In this document: piece after piece, positions 1-10,901 of the stretch
Position numbering within the stretch: position 1 is the first letter of the stretch
How the letters are laid out: each line of letters starts with the position of its first letter
Assembly (NCBI GenBank): GCA_030295235.1
Contig: AP026154.1
Location: 1 to 64,000 of the forward strand
Direction of reading: 5' to 3'
DNA from: Fistulifera solaris
Lineage: Eukaryota
DNA length: 64,000 nt
Position numbers and translations under genes: made by a program
The notes under the pieces: generated by a model
What the model was told of the DNA's origin: nothing
Seen by the model: the letters and a program-made list of their open reading frames with translations, nothing else
The model's database searches: none

Positions 1-393
1 CTCCTAACCCTAACCCTAACTCCTAACCCTAACCCTAACTCCCAACCCTAACCCTAACCCTAACCCTAACCCTAACCCTAACCCTAACCCTAACCCTAAC
101 CCTAACCCTAACCCTAACCCTAACCCTAACCCTAACCCTAACCCTAACCCTAACCCTAACCCTAACCCTAACCCTAACCCTAACCCTAACCCTAACCCTA
201 ACCCTAACCCTAACCCTAACCCTAACCCTAACCCTAACCCTAACCCTAACCCTAACCCTAACCCTAACCCTAACCCTAACCCTAACCCTAACCCTAACCC
301 TAACCCTAACCCTAACCCTAACCCTAACCCTAACCCTAACCCTAACCCTAACCCTAACCCTAACCCTAACCCTAACCCTAACCCTAACCCTAA
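1..393. repeat. Telomeric repeat array (CCCTAA)n, i.e. TTAGGG on the minus strand; chromosome left end
   Basis: Continuous CCCTAA hexamers from the window start, with a few variant units (CTCCTAA, CTCCCAA) in the first 50 nt. The GLGLGL ORF 16..642 is only its translation. Confidence 0.99.
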
Positions 394-752
394 TAGGCGC
401 GTTTTGTGGGGAATTGGTGGTACTGTAGGGGGTCTGTAATGTCCTCCGGTATCCAGTTTCCTATCAAACGATGTTGACAATAGGCGCGTTTTGTGGGGAA
501 TTGGTGGTACTGTAGGGGGTCTGTAATGTCCTCCGGTATCCAATTTCCCATCAAACGATGTTGACAATAGGCGCGTTTCGTATTGAATTGATGGTACTGT
601 AGCGGGGTCTGTAATGTCCTCCGGTATCCAGTTTCCTATCAAACGATGTTGACAATAGGCGCGTTTGGTAGGGAATTGATGGTACTGTAGCGGGGTCTGT
701 AATGTCCTCCGGTATCCAGTTTCCTATCAAACGATGTTGACAATAGGTGCGC
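392..752. repeat. Subtelomeric tandem repeat, four 87/88-bp units plus a partial fifth
   Basis: Units start AATAGGCGCG at 392, 479, 566 and 654, with a partial AATAGGTGCG at 742. Shared core GGTCTGTAATGTCCTCCGGTATCCA...TCAAACGATGTTGAC. Confidence 0.97.
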
Positions 753-1389
753 ATTGTAATGCTGTGAAAAAGAGTACCTGGTAGTGCCACAAGACATAAG
801 ACTGACTTTCTGTTGGCGCTTGGCGCGCCCTTGTTATCCGTTATCCCTTCATCAGATTTACTATCGCAATTGCTGCAAACCATGTGCAAACGCTTCTATT
901 TCTTTCGAAGCTGATAGCGTAACTAGGTATTGAACATAATGGGAGTTGTGGTTGCTGTAGGGACTGCCATGCCGACCTCATCGATTCAGACGGAGAAGAG
1001 CGATTCTGACGCTGAATATTCTCAGCTTCTGCAATTGTTTTTCGGGCAGTCGGTGCAAATGTACCTTTCTGTCATCACATATTCATCTTTTCTCAAGCCA
1101 GTGATTCGCAGAGCTGGATACTGTGTATTGAAACCATGATGGCTCACGTTCGCGAAAGCCGGAGAAAAACAGAATGGCGCGAAATGTCTCACACTTTGAT
1201 AACTCTATTAGCTCTAACTCTCGTGATGTACGAGCACTGTTTTATGTTAGGACAACGGCAAATTGCAAAAGCCAAACGACCGACTAATATCTCGACGGGC
1301 TTATGCCGCTCAACCCAAATCGAAAATTCGAAACTGAAGAGCCGCAAGGAAGCGGCCCTCTCATGTAATATCCTTCCCGAGGATTCAAC

Positions 1390-2110
1390 CATGGAAGCGG
1401 AATGCACTACTGTGTTATTGGACACCAGATCGACGGCGTCCTTCATTCATTGCGACCTGGTTCCACGCACGACACTGGCGCAAAATTAAAAAGACCCCTT
1501 TTGCTACCAAAGGAGGCACCTTCGAGGCCAAGCATATGGTCTCTCTCAAATAATGCTTCCTAATTATCCACATTGAAATCCGTTCAGTGGACCTTTTATG
1601 TCGACGAGTCCGACAAGCCTTTACATGGCGTCTTGCTTGGAAGCGACTTCCTCCCACACTTTGGCATCAACTGCCACTACTCCACACAGACGCATTGTAT
1701 GGGGAGTCTCAATAGTTCCCATGCTTTCACAAAAAGAGACCGAATATCTCAACATAACAAAGCACTTTGTCCGAGATGAATACCACGACAACCCGGCAAG
1801 CAAACACGTTTGAGAAACGGTAAAACGGGCGATGGAAATACTCGACGCCAAATATGAAAAAGCCGACTTGGACGACATTCTTGCAAAAATCACAACCCTC
1901 AACGGCAAACAGAAGAAAGCGTTGTTGAAATTGCTCAAAAAATACCTAAACACTTTTTGACGGAACACTCGGCGACTTCAATTGCAACCCGCCGACATCG
2001 AATTCAAACCTGGACATGACCAGCCGTATCACGACGAAGCTGCATTCAGCGTCCCCCATATTCATCGCAAAAACACTGCAAAAAGAGATTAAGCAGTCTA
2101 GGTTGGCGGT
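1390..2110 (+). mobile_element. Degenerate Ty3/Gypsy-like LTR retrotransposon pol fragment (aspartic protease to start of RT region)
   Basis: Broken frames give VLLDTRSTASFI (protease DTG-like), FATKGGTF, GVLLGSDFL, ILDAKYEKADL, LLKLLKKY and DGTLGDF, with several stops and frameshifts. No LTRs were found. Confidence 0.75.
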
Positions 2111-2392
2111 CATGGTGCAGTCGGACAGCAAGCAGACTGTTTCCTGTTTGCAACTTTTTCCAAATTATATGACTTATGACTGCTGTCATATTTGTTGGCT
2201 ACGCCTGGGACCTGGGAGGCAGAAAAGTTACCATTCGAGTCAAATGAAAATGCGACTACTATAAATCAAATGGATCAGCAATTTTCGATACTCCAGTCTT
2301 TGTAGCTTATAATGTACATCACTCGAATCATACAAAGTATTTGACTGATGCGCCGCACAGTCAATGAACTTTGACCCGCTAGCCCTCGGTAC

Positions 2393-3124
2393 TCATTTAG
2401 TCCATTCACTAACAGAGGCATTTGATGCTTTCATTTGTGCTCTGTTATTACCCTCTTCATCAATAATGAAATCATATGCACGCTCTATTTTTTTCACTTT
2501 TCTCTTGCTGCAATCCTTGTAACCAAGTGTACTCTTCGTACGAGTCTTCGGACGAGTCCCTTTCTCATCATGTAGAAGTTTCCTTCCAGCTTCTAGTGCA
2601 GCATCATAAGCAGATCCTGTAATGGCCCTGCTGTCACAGTTGACTAAACACCACCCACCTACTCCAAGACTGTCCATTTTATGGCGCCATTCGTGGTGAT
2701 TGTGGAAGTATAACCATCCTACCTTGCAGGAATAATTCTTCACTTCTCCTTCGGTATCATCATAACTTCCATCGAGAAAGATCACCTTTGCTATTGGAGT
2801 GCATATATTGTCGAATTTTTGACAGTCCGTGCAGTACAACATACAAGATTTCTTGCAAGACAAATTGCACCGAACGACATTGCGCTTTGCTCTAGATATT
2901 TCGATTCCCTGCACTTTAAAAAACCGATTTGTCTTCCAGTTTTTGGGAGCCCTCTGAACATTTAGATCCAACATCGATTTGAAGGATTTGATGACCTTTT
3001 CGACAGCTTCTTTTTTTGCGTTAAATGTAGTTGCGCCGCTCGCAGAGTACATTTCTGGAAACACGTGGTTTGCGAGCACCCCCGGCGTCACTGGAGGCAA
3101 ACAGTGATAAGTCCACAACCCCAT
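2393..3124 (-). CDS. Hypothetical subtelomeric protein with a Cys/His cluster, possibly a transposase C-terminal fragment
   Basis: 243-aa ATG ORF containing RCNLSCKKSCMLYCTDC...CKVGWLYFH. Confidence 0.4.
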   Translation of the reverse strand: MGLWTYHCLPPVTPGVLANHVFPEMYSASGATTFNAKKEAVEKVIKSFKSMLDLNVQRAPKNWKTNRFFKVQGIEISRAKRNVVRCNLSCKKSCMLYCTDCQKFDNICTPIAKVIFLDGSYDDTEGEVKNYSCKVGWLYFHNHHEWRHKMDSLGVGGWCLVNCDSRAITGSAYDAALEAGRKLLHDEKGTRPKTRTKSTLGYKDCSKRKVKKIERAYDFIIDEEGNNRAQMKASNASVSEWTK

Positions 3125-3539
3125 TATTGTTTGCCATTATGATACGGCCTGGTTGGTGATGCAGCAATACAAATGATCAAAGAATCAATGCTTGCCCATG
3201 GCATAGGTACATGTTTGGTCTTCGCCCTTGCTTTTTTTTTTCTTTTTCATTGTTTCGGTATTCTTCTTTGTCGCAATGCGCGAACGATGACTGCGTGCGC
3301 GACTTCATGTTGGCATATAAAAACGACGAAGCACTCTTAAGTACCAGTACAGAATGATAAAGCACGGTTTGGACTACTGCTTTCTGGTATACCAACATTT
3401 ACAACGCAGATACACATTATCAAACAAGATCCTTTGTGTAGTATATACTGTAGTGTTTCATGTTGCTAAAATTGATCTTTTGATAGATACTACGAATCAA
3501 GTATGTGTCGTACAGGTACATACGGGTAGCACCCGAAAT

Positions 3540-3689
3540 CGATCGGGTTGGGTTCCCACTTTTTCTGTCCGTCTTCCGGCACACGAGCCAGTCGTCTTTC
3601 CGTTGAGCGCCACCGATCGGGTTGGGTACCCACCACTTTTTCTGTCCGTCTTCCGGCACACGAGCCAGCTGTCTTTCCGTTGAGCGCCA
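3540..3689. repeat. Tandem duplication, two ~74-bp copies
   Basis: CGATCGGGTTGGGT...TTTTTCTGTCCGTCTTCCGGCACACGAGCCAG...CTTTCCGTTGAGCGCCA at 3540 and 3614. Confidence 0.92.
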
Positions 3690-3792
3690 GCCGGCACACG
3701 GATGGAAATTGTATTGCGTGTACAATCTTGGTGTATATCATAAGCTTCTATAGTAATGATGTATCCAGGTCATTTCACGAATACAACCGATG

Positions 3793-3830
3793 CGATGACC
3801 GACGACCGATGACCGACGACCGATGACCGA
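3793..3830. repeat. 7-bp minisatellite (GAYGACC)n
   Basis: CGATGACCGACGACCGATGACCGACGACCGATGACCGA. Confidence 0.9.
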
Positions 3831-4109
3831 TTCCATTTCCATACTGGTTACCGCAGTGATCACCGCGCTTTTCCGACCACAGATCATGCCAAAACCCCCC
3901 TCTCACAAAAAAAAAAACACAAGTCAACACCAACACGCCTATTTTCATCCGGCCGACAACAGCTCTCCATCAAAAGTAAGTGTTTGTCTCTTTATATTAT
4001 TCTCCTCATAATAAATGTCTCAAAACATTTAATTTGTCGCTATCTGTTTTTGCCAGCACACAAAGACTTCACAGCTCCTTTTGCTGCAGGTTTTGGGTGC
4101 AAGTCTTTT

Positions 4110-5940
4110 GAAGAAAGCTCACAACCACAACAATCGGAACTGTTGACTGTGTTCAGATCTGTTTTAGTTAGAGTTGTTGATTGGTGTTAGTTCTTCATTG
4201 ATTTGTTCATTAATAGAGAGAGTTGTTTCGTTGGAACATCGCTAAAGGATCAGAAAGGCAATTCCTTGTTATGTCCATGATATCCCAGCACGTTAGCATG
4301 TTCGATTGCCGTTCTTTTTATCGCACCTTATTGTTTACATCTATATCTTCAAAAGCCTTTCTGAGATTGAGTCAGCGCTGTTAAAAGATATCTTCGAAAG
4401 TTCTTCGAAGTTCATCAACAACATCGATAGTAGTTAAAGAACGCAGTGAGTGTTGCCGAAGCATAGACGCCGAATCCACTTTAGAAGTAACAAGACCATT
4501 GCAGCAGGAGTAAGACTCAGAGCAGCAGCAGAATTATCAAATTTAGTCAACGACTTTTTCAGACGAACATTGAACAAATCAGTTTTGTTGTTGAAAGTTC
4601 AATGCCGTGATATTGGTGAGAGGTGTCACGCTGAAAGTTTGACGTTAATTACCTGAGTTCTTGAGTTTGTCATTCTATTGTTAAAGAAAGATGTAGCAAC
4701 TTAAAGTCTATCACAACACGTATTCAAGGATTGTGTTAGATTAAAGTCTATCACAACACGTATTCAAGGATTGTGTTGTGATAGACTTTGAAGTTGCTAC
4801 ATCTTTCTTTACAGCAATAGGACTTAAGCTGACCAAACTCCTGAGGAAGCTCAGAGACTAAGAAGTTGGTGTAATTTGGCACGCCCCAGAACTTTTCAAG
4901 CGACAATAAGCAAGTCTTCATGGCCCTCTCTCACCAATATCACGGCATTTTGGACTTTCTTGGCAATAGCAAAGGCTGTGATTAGTTCAATGTTAGCATC
5001 GCCTGGAAGGGTTCCTCCGCTGATGACAATATTGAAGGCCTCTTCTGCGAGTTTCTCAATGACTTTGAAGCTTTTATTGGTGTGTGTGTCAACAGAGGTG
5101 TCTTGCTCTTCTGCTGCTGCTCCTGCTGCTGCTTTCTTTGAAGTCTTACTCTTACTTCCTAAAGCAATGGATTCCTTGATTGTCTCCGCCTCAGTGACTC
5201 TGAGTTCTCTTGTTACACTTTTGCTAAGGGTGACGGCTCGCAATTGCTACGGGTGCTGCGCGTGGTCATGGCCGTATGCACGCTTGCTGTTGTCAGTGCT
5301 GCTTTTCTTTGGCTTTGGCATACTTTTATCAGTGTTGATTGTTGATGAGGAGACTCGATGTTGGTGGAAGGAAGGCTCCACACTTGCATGTCAACGGGGA
5401 TCCTGCTTTCAAGGAATTGAATATCTTTTGTGTCTTAGCTTATGCTGCTGTTCCCGGCCAACTCCCAGGTTGTCTAAGGAATGCAGGAAATCTCAAGAGG
5501 AGCAAGTTTGTGAAGATATAAGATGTAAACAATAAGGTCACGATAGATGCCTTTGTAAACTTAGGAAGGGCAGAAAGAATCTCCAACAGGCAATACATGC
5601 AGGCATGCTTGCGACATTTTGTGCACTGGAGACCATTATCACAGTGGACATAACAAGGAATTGCCTTTTTCCCGATCCTTTTAACGGTGTTTCGCTCAAC
5701 AGAGCCAAAAGAACAGAAACAACACTCAGTCTCTGCTGACATTGTGAACAAATCAATTGAAGAATAGCTAACAATCACAACACCCAGACCAAGCAATCAG
5801 CGACGCGAACTGTGACTTGGAGACTCATTGTGCTAAGCACTTTTTCCCAAAACAGCAAGATGCAGACACAGTCAGTGCTGCTTTTCTTCGCGGTTCGGCA
5901 TACTTTTATTAGTGTTGATTGTTGATGAGGAGACTCGACA
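4110..5940. repeat. Large asymmetric inverted repeat (fold-back) centred at ~4720-4772
   Basis: The ~46-bp near-perfect core arms are 4675-4719 and 4773-4820. Outer anchors match as reverse complements: 4602-4623 vs ~4928-4949, 4326-4351 vs ~5511-5537, 4244-4277 vs ~5645-5681, 4186-4210 vs ~5746-5772. Confidence 0.85.
5440..5742 (-). CDS. Hypothetical Cys-rich (zinc-finger-like) protein or pseudogene in the right arm of the inversion
   Basis: MSAETECCFC...CYVHCDNGLQCTKCRKHACMYC. The downstream minus-strand fragment 4896..5243 may belong to the same disrupted gene. Confidence 0.35.
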   Translation of the reverse strand: MSAETECCFCSFGSVERNTVKRIGKKAIPCYVHCDNGLQCTKCRKHACMYCLLEILSALPKFTKASIVTLLFTSYIFTNLLLLRFPAFLRQPGSWPGTAA

Positions 5941-6697
5941 AATTTCAATATCTTGCCAAATATGACAGATTCTGGCGAACCAACAACGCGTGATCCAGTC
6001 CAGAACGAAACAATAATCAACCAGCAAAGTGATCAAAACAAATGGTAACGACAACAAAAGGATATTAATTGTGACGGTACCGTATCATTGCTTAGCATGC
6101 CAACTAAGTCAACTCGCTCCAGCATGCCAACTATTGCTTTACACGGATGAATATTTGACGAGTCGAAATCGCTCAATAAATACAGTCAATCAATTAATGA
6201 GCTTATTTGCTACCTGGACTACTTCTCTCAACAATCGCTTCAAAACCACAGACAATAGGTTTTCCTGCAATAAGTCCTGTATTATGTTCTTTCTCTCTTT
6301 CTTTTGTCCATGTGCCAATAACATGTTTCATGTGCTTCCTTGAATTCAAATAAAGTGAAGCCGTTGCTCTTTTCTCAAATCATGGCAAGGAGACTGGAAA
6401 TACAACTCCGTTCGTCCATATCATAAATCATCTTCCAATGTCATCCGGTACTCCATCCGTCACTCCCCGTTCTTCATCCTCTTATCCATCCTACCGGTAC
6501 CCCAACAGTACTCTATCCTATCTCCAATCTGATAAATTATTTGTTGCAGCATGATCTGCAACGCATTGCCGCAGCTGCTCAAGCTGCCCAATCGTCGCAA
6601 AAATAATGCTGAAGGCGGATACAACAGTCTTTGATTTTAACGTATATTACGGATGATTACTCTCTTTTACCCTGTAAAACAGAGTTTTTTCTGTCAT

Positions 6698-6982
6698 TTA
6701 TTCCATTTGCGACCGGTAAAACCCCATCGCGGCAAAAGCGACAGCAATAGTTAAATACACCGGCTTGTGAATAGCGCGCTGAAAAGACGATGAAGTCGCA
6801 GGCCATTCGACTTCGAACGCATTATAGGCAAAGAAACTGGATAATCCCAGACAAGTCGCGACCCCAATAGTTCGACAAGCCAAGCAGTCATCTTTGACTG
6901 ACTCTCTTGGTTCAGATCTCTTGTCATTCATCTCGTTCTTGCTTTGGGATTTGGGATACTCATTCAAAAATAAGGTTGCCAA
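6698..6982 (-). CDS. Small two-TM protein, DUF4536/DMAC1-like
   Basis: DCLACRTIG motif followed by two hydrophobic segments, the second ending AMGFYR. The true start is probably the internal Met (MNDKRS). Confidence 0.65.
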   Translation of the reverse strand: MATLFLNEYPKSQSKNEMNDKRSEPRESVKDDCLACRTIGVATCLGLSSFFAYNAFEVEWPATSSSFQRAIHKPVYLTIAVAFAAMGFYRSQME

Positions 6983-7347
6983 GTAATAGCAATTGTAAAA
7001 GTTTTATAGAACAAACAACATGACAAACAATAATAATGAAACGATACTTGTAGTTGACGCAGCAAGCAACATCTGGGTTACGGATTACGGATCCGATCAT
7101 TATTACCGGTACCCCGGAGTATTTTTTACGAGGAAAAGTTACGTGTCACGAATGACGTACTGCGAGCAGACACAGAATTGTGCCAGATTACCAGATAAAC
7201 GTCACTCCGTTATCCGTGACTGGCCCACAAAGAACCTGCGTGATCTTTTTCTGCAACTTTGATGATGTATCGGATGGAGGGGTGTTGCAAAAGGGTAGAC
7301 TCGACTCTAAATAAGCAATACCTGGTAACATTGAGCAGTCAATCTTC

Positions 7348-7377
7348 TTTCATTCATTCATTCATTCATTCATTCAT
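7348..7377. repeat. (CATT)n microsatellite just upstream of CYP97
   Basis: TTTCATTCATTCATTCATTCATTCATTCAT. Confidence 0.9.
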
Positions 7378-7399
7378 CAATAAATCAAGCTATTTCTAA

Positions 7400-9320
7400 A
7401 TGAGAATGAGACGTGGGTCCCTCTTCTTGTTGCTCGCGCCGGCAGTGCATCCCTATGCGTTGACTTCTCCGTTATCGTCGTCATCCTCCACCGCTCTGTT
7501 TTCTTCTCTCAAGGAAGATCCCAAAGTAGAAACCAAAACAGCAGCAGATTCATCCGCTTCTTCGTCCTCCGCTTCTGCAAAATCTTCCGAAGGATTGCCG
7601 TTTTGGTGGGAAGCCGTCTGGAAATTGCCGATCATGAAACGAGGAGAGCCCGGTGAAGCCATTATTTTTGGAGATTCAGCACATGTTCTTCGCACCAATA
7701 TTGAACAAATCTACGGCGACTATCCTTCGTTAGATGGATGTCCTTTGGCGGAAGGAGAGCTAGGAGATATCGCTGATGGAACTATGTTCATTGGTTTGCA
7801 ACAATATTACAAGAATTACGGCAGTCCGTACAAATTGTGTTTTGGGCCAAAATCATTTCTCGTCGTCAGCGATCCAGTACAAGCTCGTCATGTGTTGCGT
7901 GAAGCAAATACGGATTATGATAAGGGAGTCTTGGCCGAAATTCTCGAGCCCATTATGGGAAAAGGCTTGATTCCGGCTGACCCAGAAACCTGGAAAGTGC
8001 GACGTAAACAGATCGTACCGGCCTTTCATCAAGCGTGGCTCAGCTATCTCGTGGGCCTGTTCGGGTACTGCAATGAGCCTTTAATTAAGAGCTTGAATGA
8101 CATTGCCGAGTCAAAAGATCGTAAAGCGGAAATGGAAACGTACTTTTGTTCCGTTGCTCTCGACATCATTGGTCTTAGTATTTTCAATTACGAATTCGGG
8201 AGTGTCACTCAAGAAAGTCCTGTTATTAAAGCTGTCTACAGCGCTCTGGTTGAAGCGGAACATCGCAGTATGACGCCCGCTCCCTATTGGGATGTCCCCT
8301 TGGCAAATCAGTTGGTGCCGCGATTGAGAAAATTCAATTCCGATCTAAGCTTATTGAATAATGTACTCGATGAATTAATTGACCGCGCTAAGCAAACCCG
8401 GCAAGTCGAAGATTTGGAGGAGCTAGAGCAGCGTAATTATGAGCAAGTTTCGGATCCCAGTCTACTGCGGTTCCTAGTCGATATGCGAGGAGCGGATATT
8501 GACAACAAGCAATTACGTGATGATGTAAGTAGACCAGAAAAAGTGATGGTGTGCCTAAATGATCGACTATCTCAATATGTTTTGGAAATAGCTGATGACG
8601 ATGTTGATTGCGGGGCACGAAACGACGGCCGCTGTTTTGACCTGGGCACTCTTCGAGCTCACTCGGCACCCTGAATGCTTGAAAAAAGCTCAAGCTGAGA
8701 TTGATCGTGTCGTCGGTGATCGTACACCCACTTACGACGATATCAAACAGCTCAAATACCTGCGATTGATAATTGCTGAAACGTTGCGTCTTTATCCTGA
8801 ACCGCCTTTGTTGATTCGTCGATGCCGTACCGAAAACAATATTCCTGCTGGTGGTGGTCGCGAGGCTACAGTTATCCGTGGTATGGATATGTTCATCGCC
8901 ATCTACAATATCCACCGTGATGAGCGCTTCTGGCCTAATCCGGATCAATTCGACCCCATGCGATTCACTCGTCCCTATAGTAATCCTGACATCCCTGGCT
9001 GGGCTGGATATGACCCGACAAAATGGGAGAACAAATTATACCCTAACGAAATCGCGTCGGACTTTGCTTACTTACCGTTCGGTGGCGGAGCTCGCAAATG
9101 CGTTGGCGATGAATTTGCCGTTTTGGAAGCTACGGTTACTTTAGCTATGGTCTTGCGTCGCTTTGAATTCGAATTTGATCCAGACTATCAGACTGCTGAC
9201 AAATGTTCTATAAACGACATGCCCAAACGAACCGACCATCCTGTAGGCATGAGAACTGGCGCTACAATTCACACAAGGAACGGTCTACACATGCTGGTAA
9301 AGAAACGACAGTTGGAATGA
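7400..9320 (+). CDS. CYP97: Plastid cytochrome P450 of the CYP97 family (carotenoid hydroxylase-like); exons 7400-8524 and 8592-9320
   Basis: KGVLAEILEPIMGKGLIPAD, LRDD|LMTMLIAGHETTAAVLTW across the GT-AG intron 8525-8591 (phase 0), ETLRLYPEPP and heme motif FGGGARKCVGD. The N-terminus has a signal peptide plus a Ser-rich transit-like stretch. Confidence 0.95.
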
Positions 9321-9463
9321 TCAGAAATAAAGAAGAAAAACGTTGTATGCGAAAAGCGAGGAGCTACGGGAGAGAAACACCTTGTAATGGCATGCTATAA
9401 TTAAAGTTGTGCTAATCCAGAGATAGCATCCTACCATGGCAAACTCTCAAGTAGTGTTTGCCT

Positions 9464-10063
9464 TCAAAGATTTAAAATGTCGATAATTGTTTTGAGAGCT
9501 TTCTCTGCGGCCAAAACTTGTTTCTTCGACTCGTTGAGATACTTGAGAACAGTGTCTTGGCCACCACCCGGGTTGTATTCGCCGAACTGACTAATGAAAG
9601 CCATGCTATTGCTCATGCTTACGGCACTATCCCATTCTTCAGACGCCTCAAAGAACGTTTCTAGTAATTCCGGATCGATGTCCATATTCTTCACCTTGGC
9701 AAAAACTTTATCAATCTGAAAGAGCGGATCCGTTGTCGAGCGAAGACCTAACGCTTTTCGAATAGCGTCTGCGTTCCTCTTACATTCACCTCCATTATCG
9801 CGACAGACTGTTGTGTATGCTTCAAAGTTTTCTACCAGGTCGTTAATATCGTTGTATCCTATCTTGATACGTTCTAATTCTTCCTTTGTGGGTGCTGGAG
9901 CCGCGAAAACTGGTTGCGCTTGCGCTATTGCTACGCTACTACCAATCACGGAAGTCACAAATGAGCGTCGCGAGATATTTGTCGTTTTGATTGAGTAAGT
10001 ATGACACATTGTCAAAATAGTCAACAGCAGGGTGGCGCTAAATGCAGAAGTAAAAATTCTCAT
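9464..10063 (-). CDS. Putative plastid thylakoid-lumen protein
   Basis: 199-aa ORF with a signal peptide, twin-arginine SRRSFV, a hydrophobic stretch and an AxA-like cleavage site (PVFA), followed by a helical mature domain. Confidence 0.75.
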   Translation of the reverse strand: MRIFTSAFSATLLLTILTMCHTYSIKTTNISRRSFVTSVIGSSVAIAQAQPVFAAPAPTKEELERIKIGYNDINDLVENFEAYTTVCRDNGGECKRNADAIRKALGLRSTTDPLFQIDKVFAKVKNMDIDPELLETFFEASEEWDSAVSMSNSMAFISQFGEYNPGGGQDTVLKYLNESKKQVLAAEKALKTIIDILNL

Positions 10064-10901
10064 GATTGAAGGTTTTCCTTTCTTTTCGAGCGCTTGAAGA
10101 GCTTTTGTTACGATTTACAAGATTGCACGTTTGTTCTTTTTTCTAGCCTTTAGGTGATTCAAGAGTGAAATAAAAAAAGCCTTGTGGTGAATGTGTTGTT
10201 TTCAATTCGCTATCTTGTGTGAAAACGGGTGTGAATTGCGCTGTGCGTGTGGGTGTGGCTGTGGCGTGTTGTCAGATTGAGGGTCTGGACGTCAATCAGA
10301 GTGGGTTATATATCATGGATCGGGGTAGAAATACGACGTGATTGGGATGGCTCTGTGGTTCGATTCCACAGTACCTGTTACGTTAGTACTTTGTAGGTTA
10401 GTATTATTATCAGTCATCAGTCATCTGTCATCTCCAGTCATCATCAGCATGAGCAGGGTCGTCATTCGTCATCGATCGATCGGATGATGCCGGATCACGG
10501 ATCACACGTTCAAGTCACGAGTTACGAAACCTAAACCCTATTCCCTATACTGTACCAGTTAAACGGTACTTCGGTTCCGTGTTCCGTCTGTCCCTCATAC
10601 CTCAAATTTCCCAAAGGAGTATGTATCGTATTGCCTACTGCCTACACAACATCATGATCCGAACTTGGAACTTGGAACCGACAACGAAGCCGACGAGAAT
10701 CTTGCTGAATCTTTTGTCAATTCATTCTCTCGGCCACCTCGTTCCTCGTTCTCTTGCCGCCGCCTCATTCGTTGTTGTTCCGATGTATAAATAATTACAG
10801 CAACGATCTATCAAAAGGATCTGTATGCAACAAATCGTTATTCATTCTGTGATTATTTAGCAATATTCCAGATACACTTTTTTTCCTCGTGTCCTTTTCT
10901 G

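Noticed and set aside
1..50. Variant telomere units as evidence of a non-canonical telomerase template
   Set aside because: They are confined to the extreme contig end, where consensus quality is likely lowest.
16..642. 208-aa GLGLGL ORF
   Set aside because: It is the translation of telomeric and subtelomeric repeats, not a gene.
392..752. CRISPR-like periodic array
   Set aside because: Units are near-identical along their full length with no unique spacers, there are no cas genes, and the context is eukaryotic.
4876..5535. 219-aa plus-strand ORF
   Set aside because: It has a non-ATG start and reads like the antisense shadow of the minus-strand fragments.
10529..10541. Interstitial telo-box-like AAACCCTA in a divergent promoter
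   Set aside because: A single short match that is expected by chance in 64 kb.
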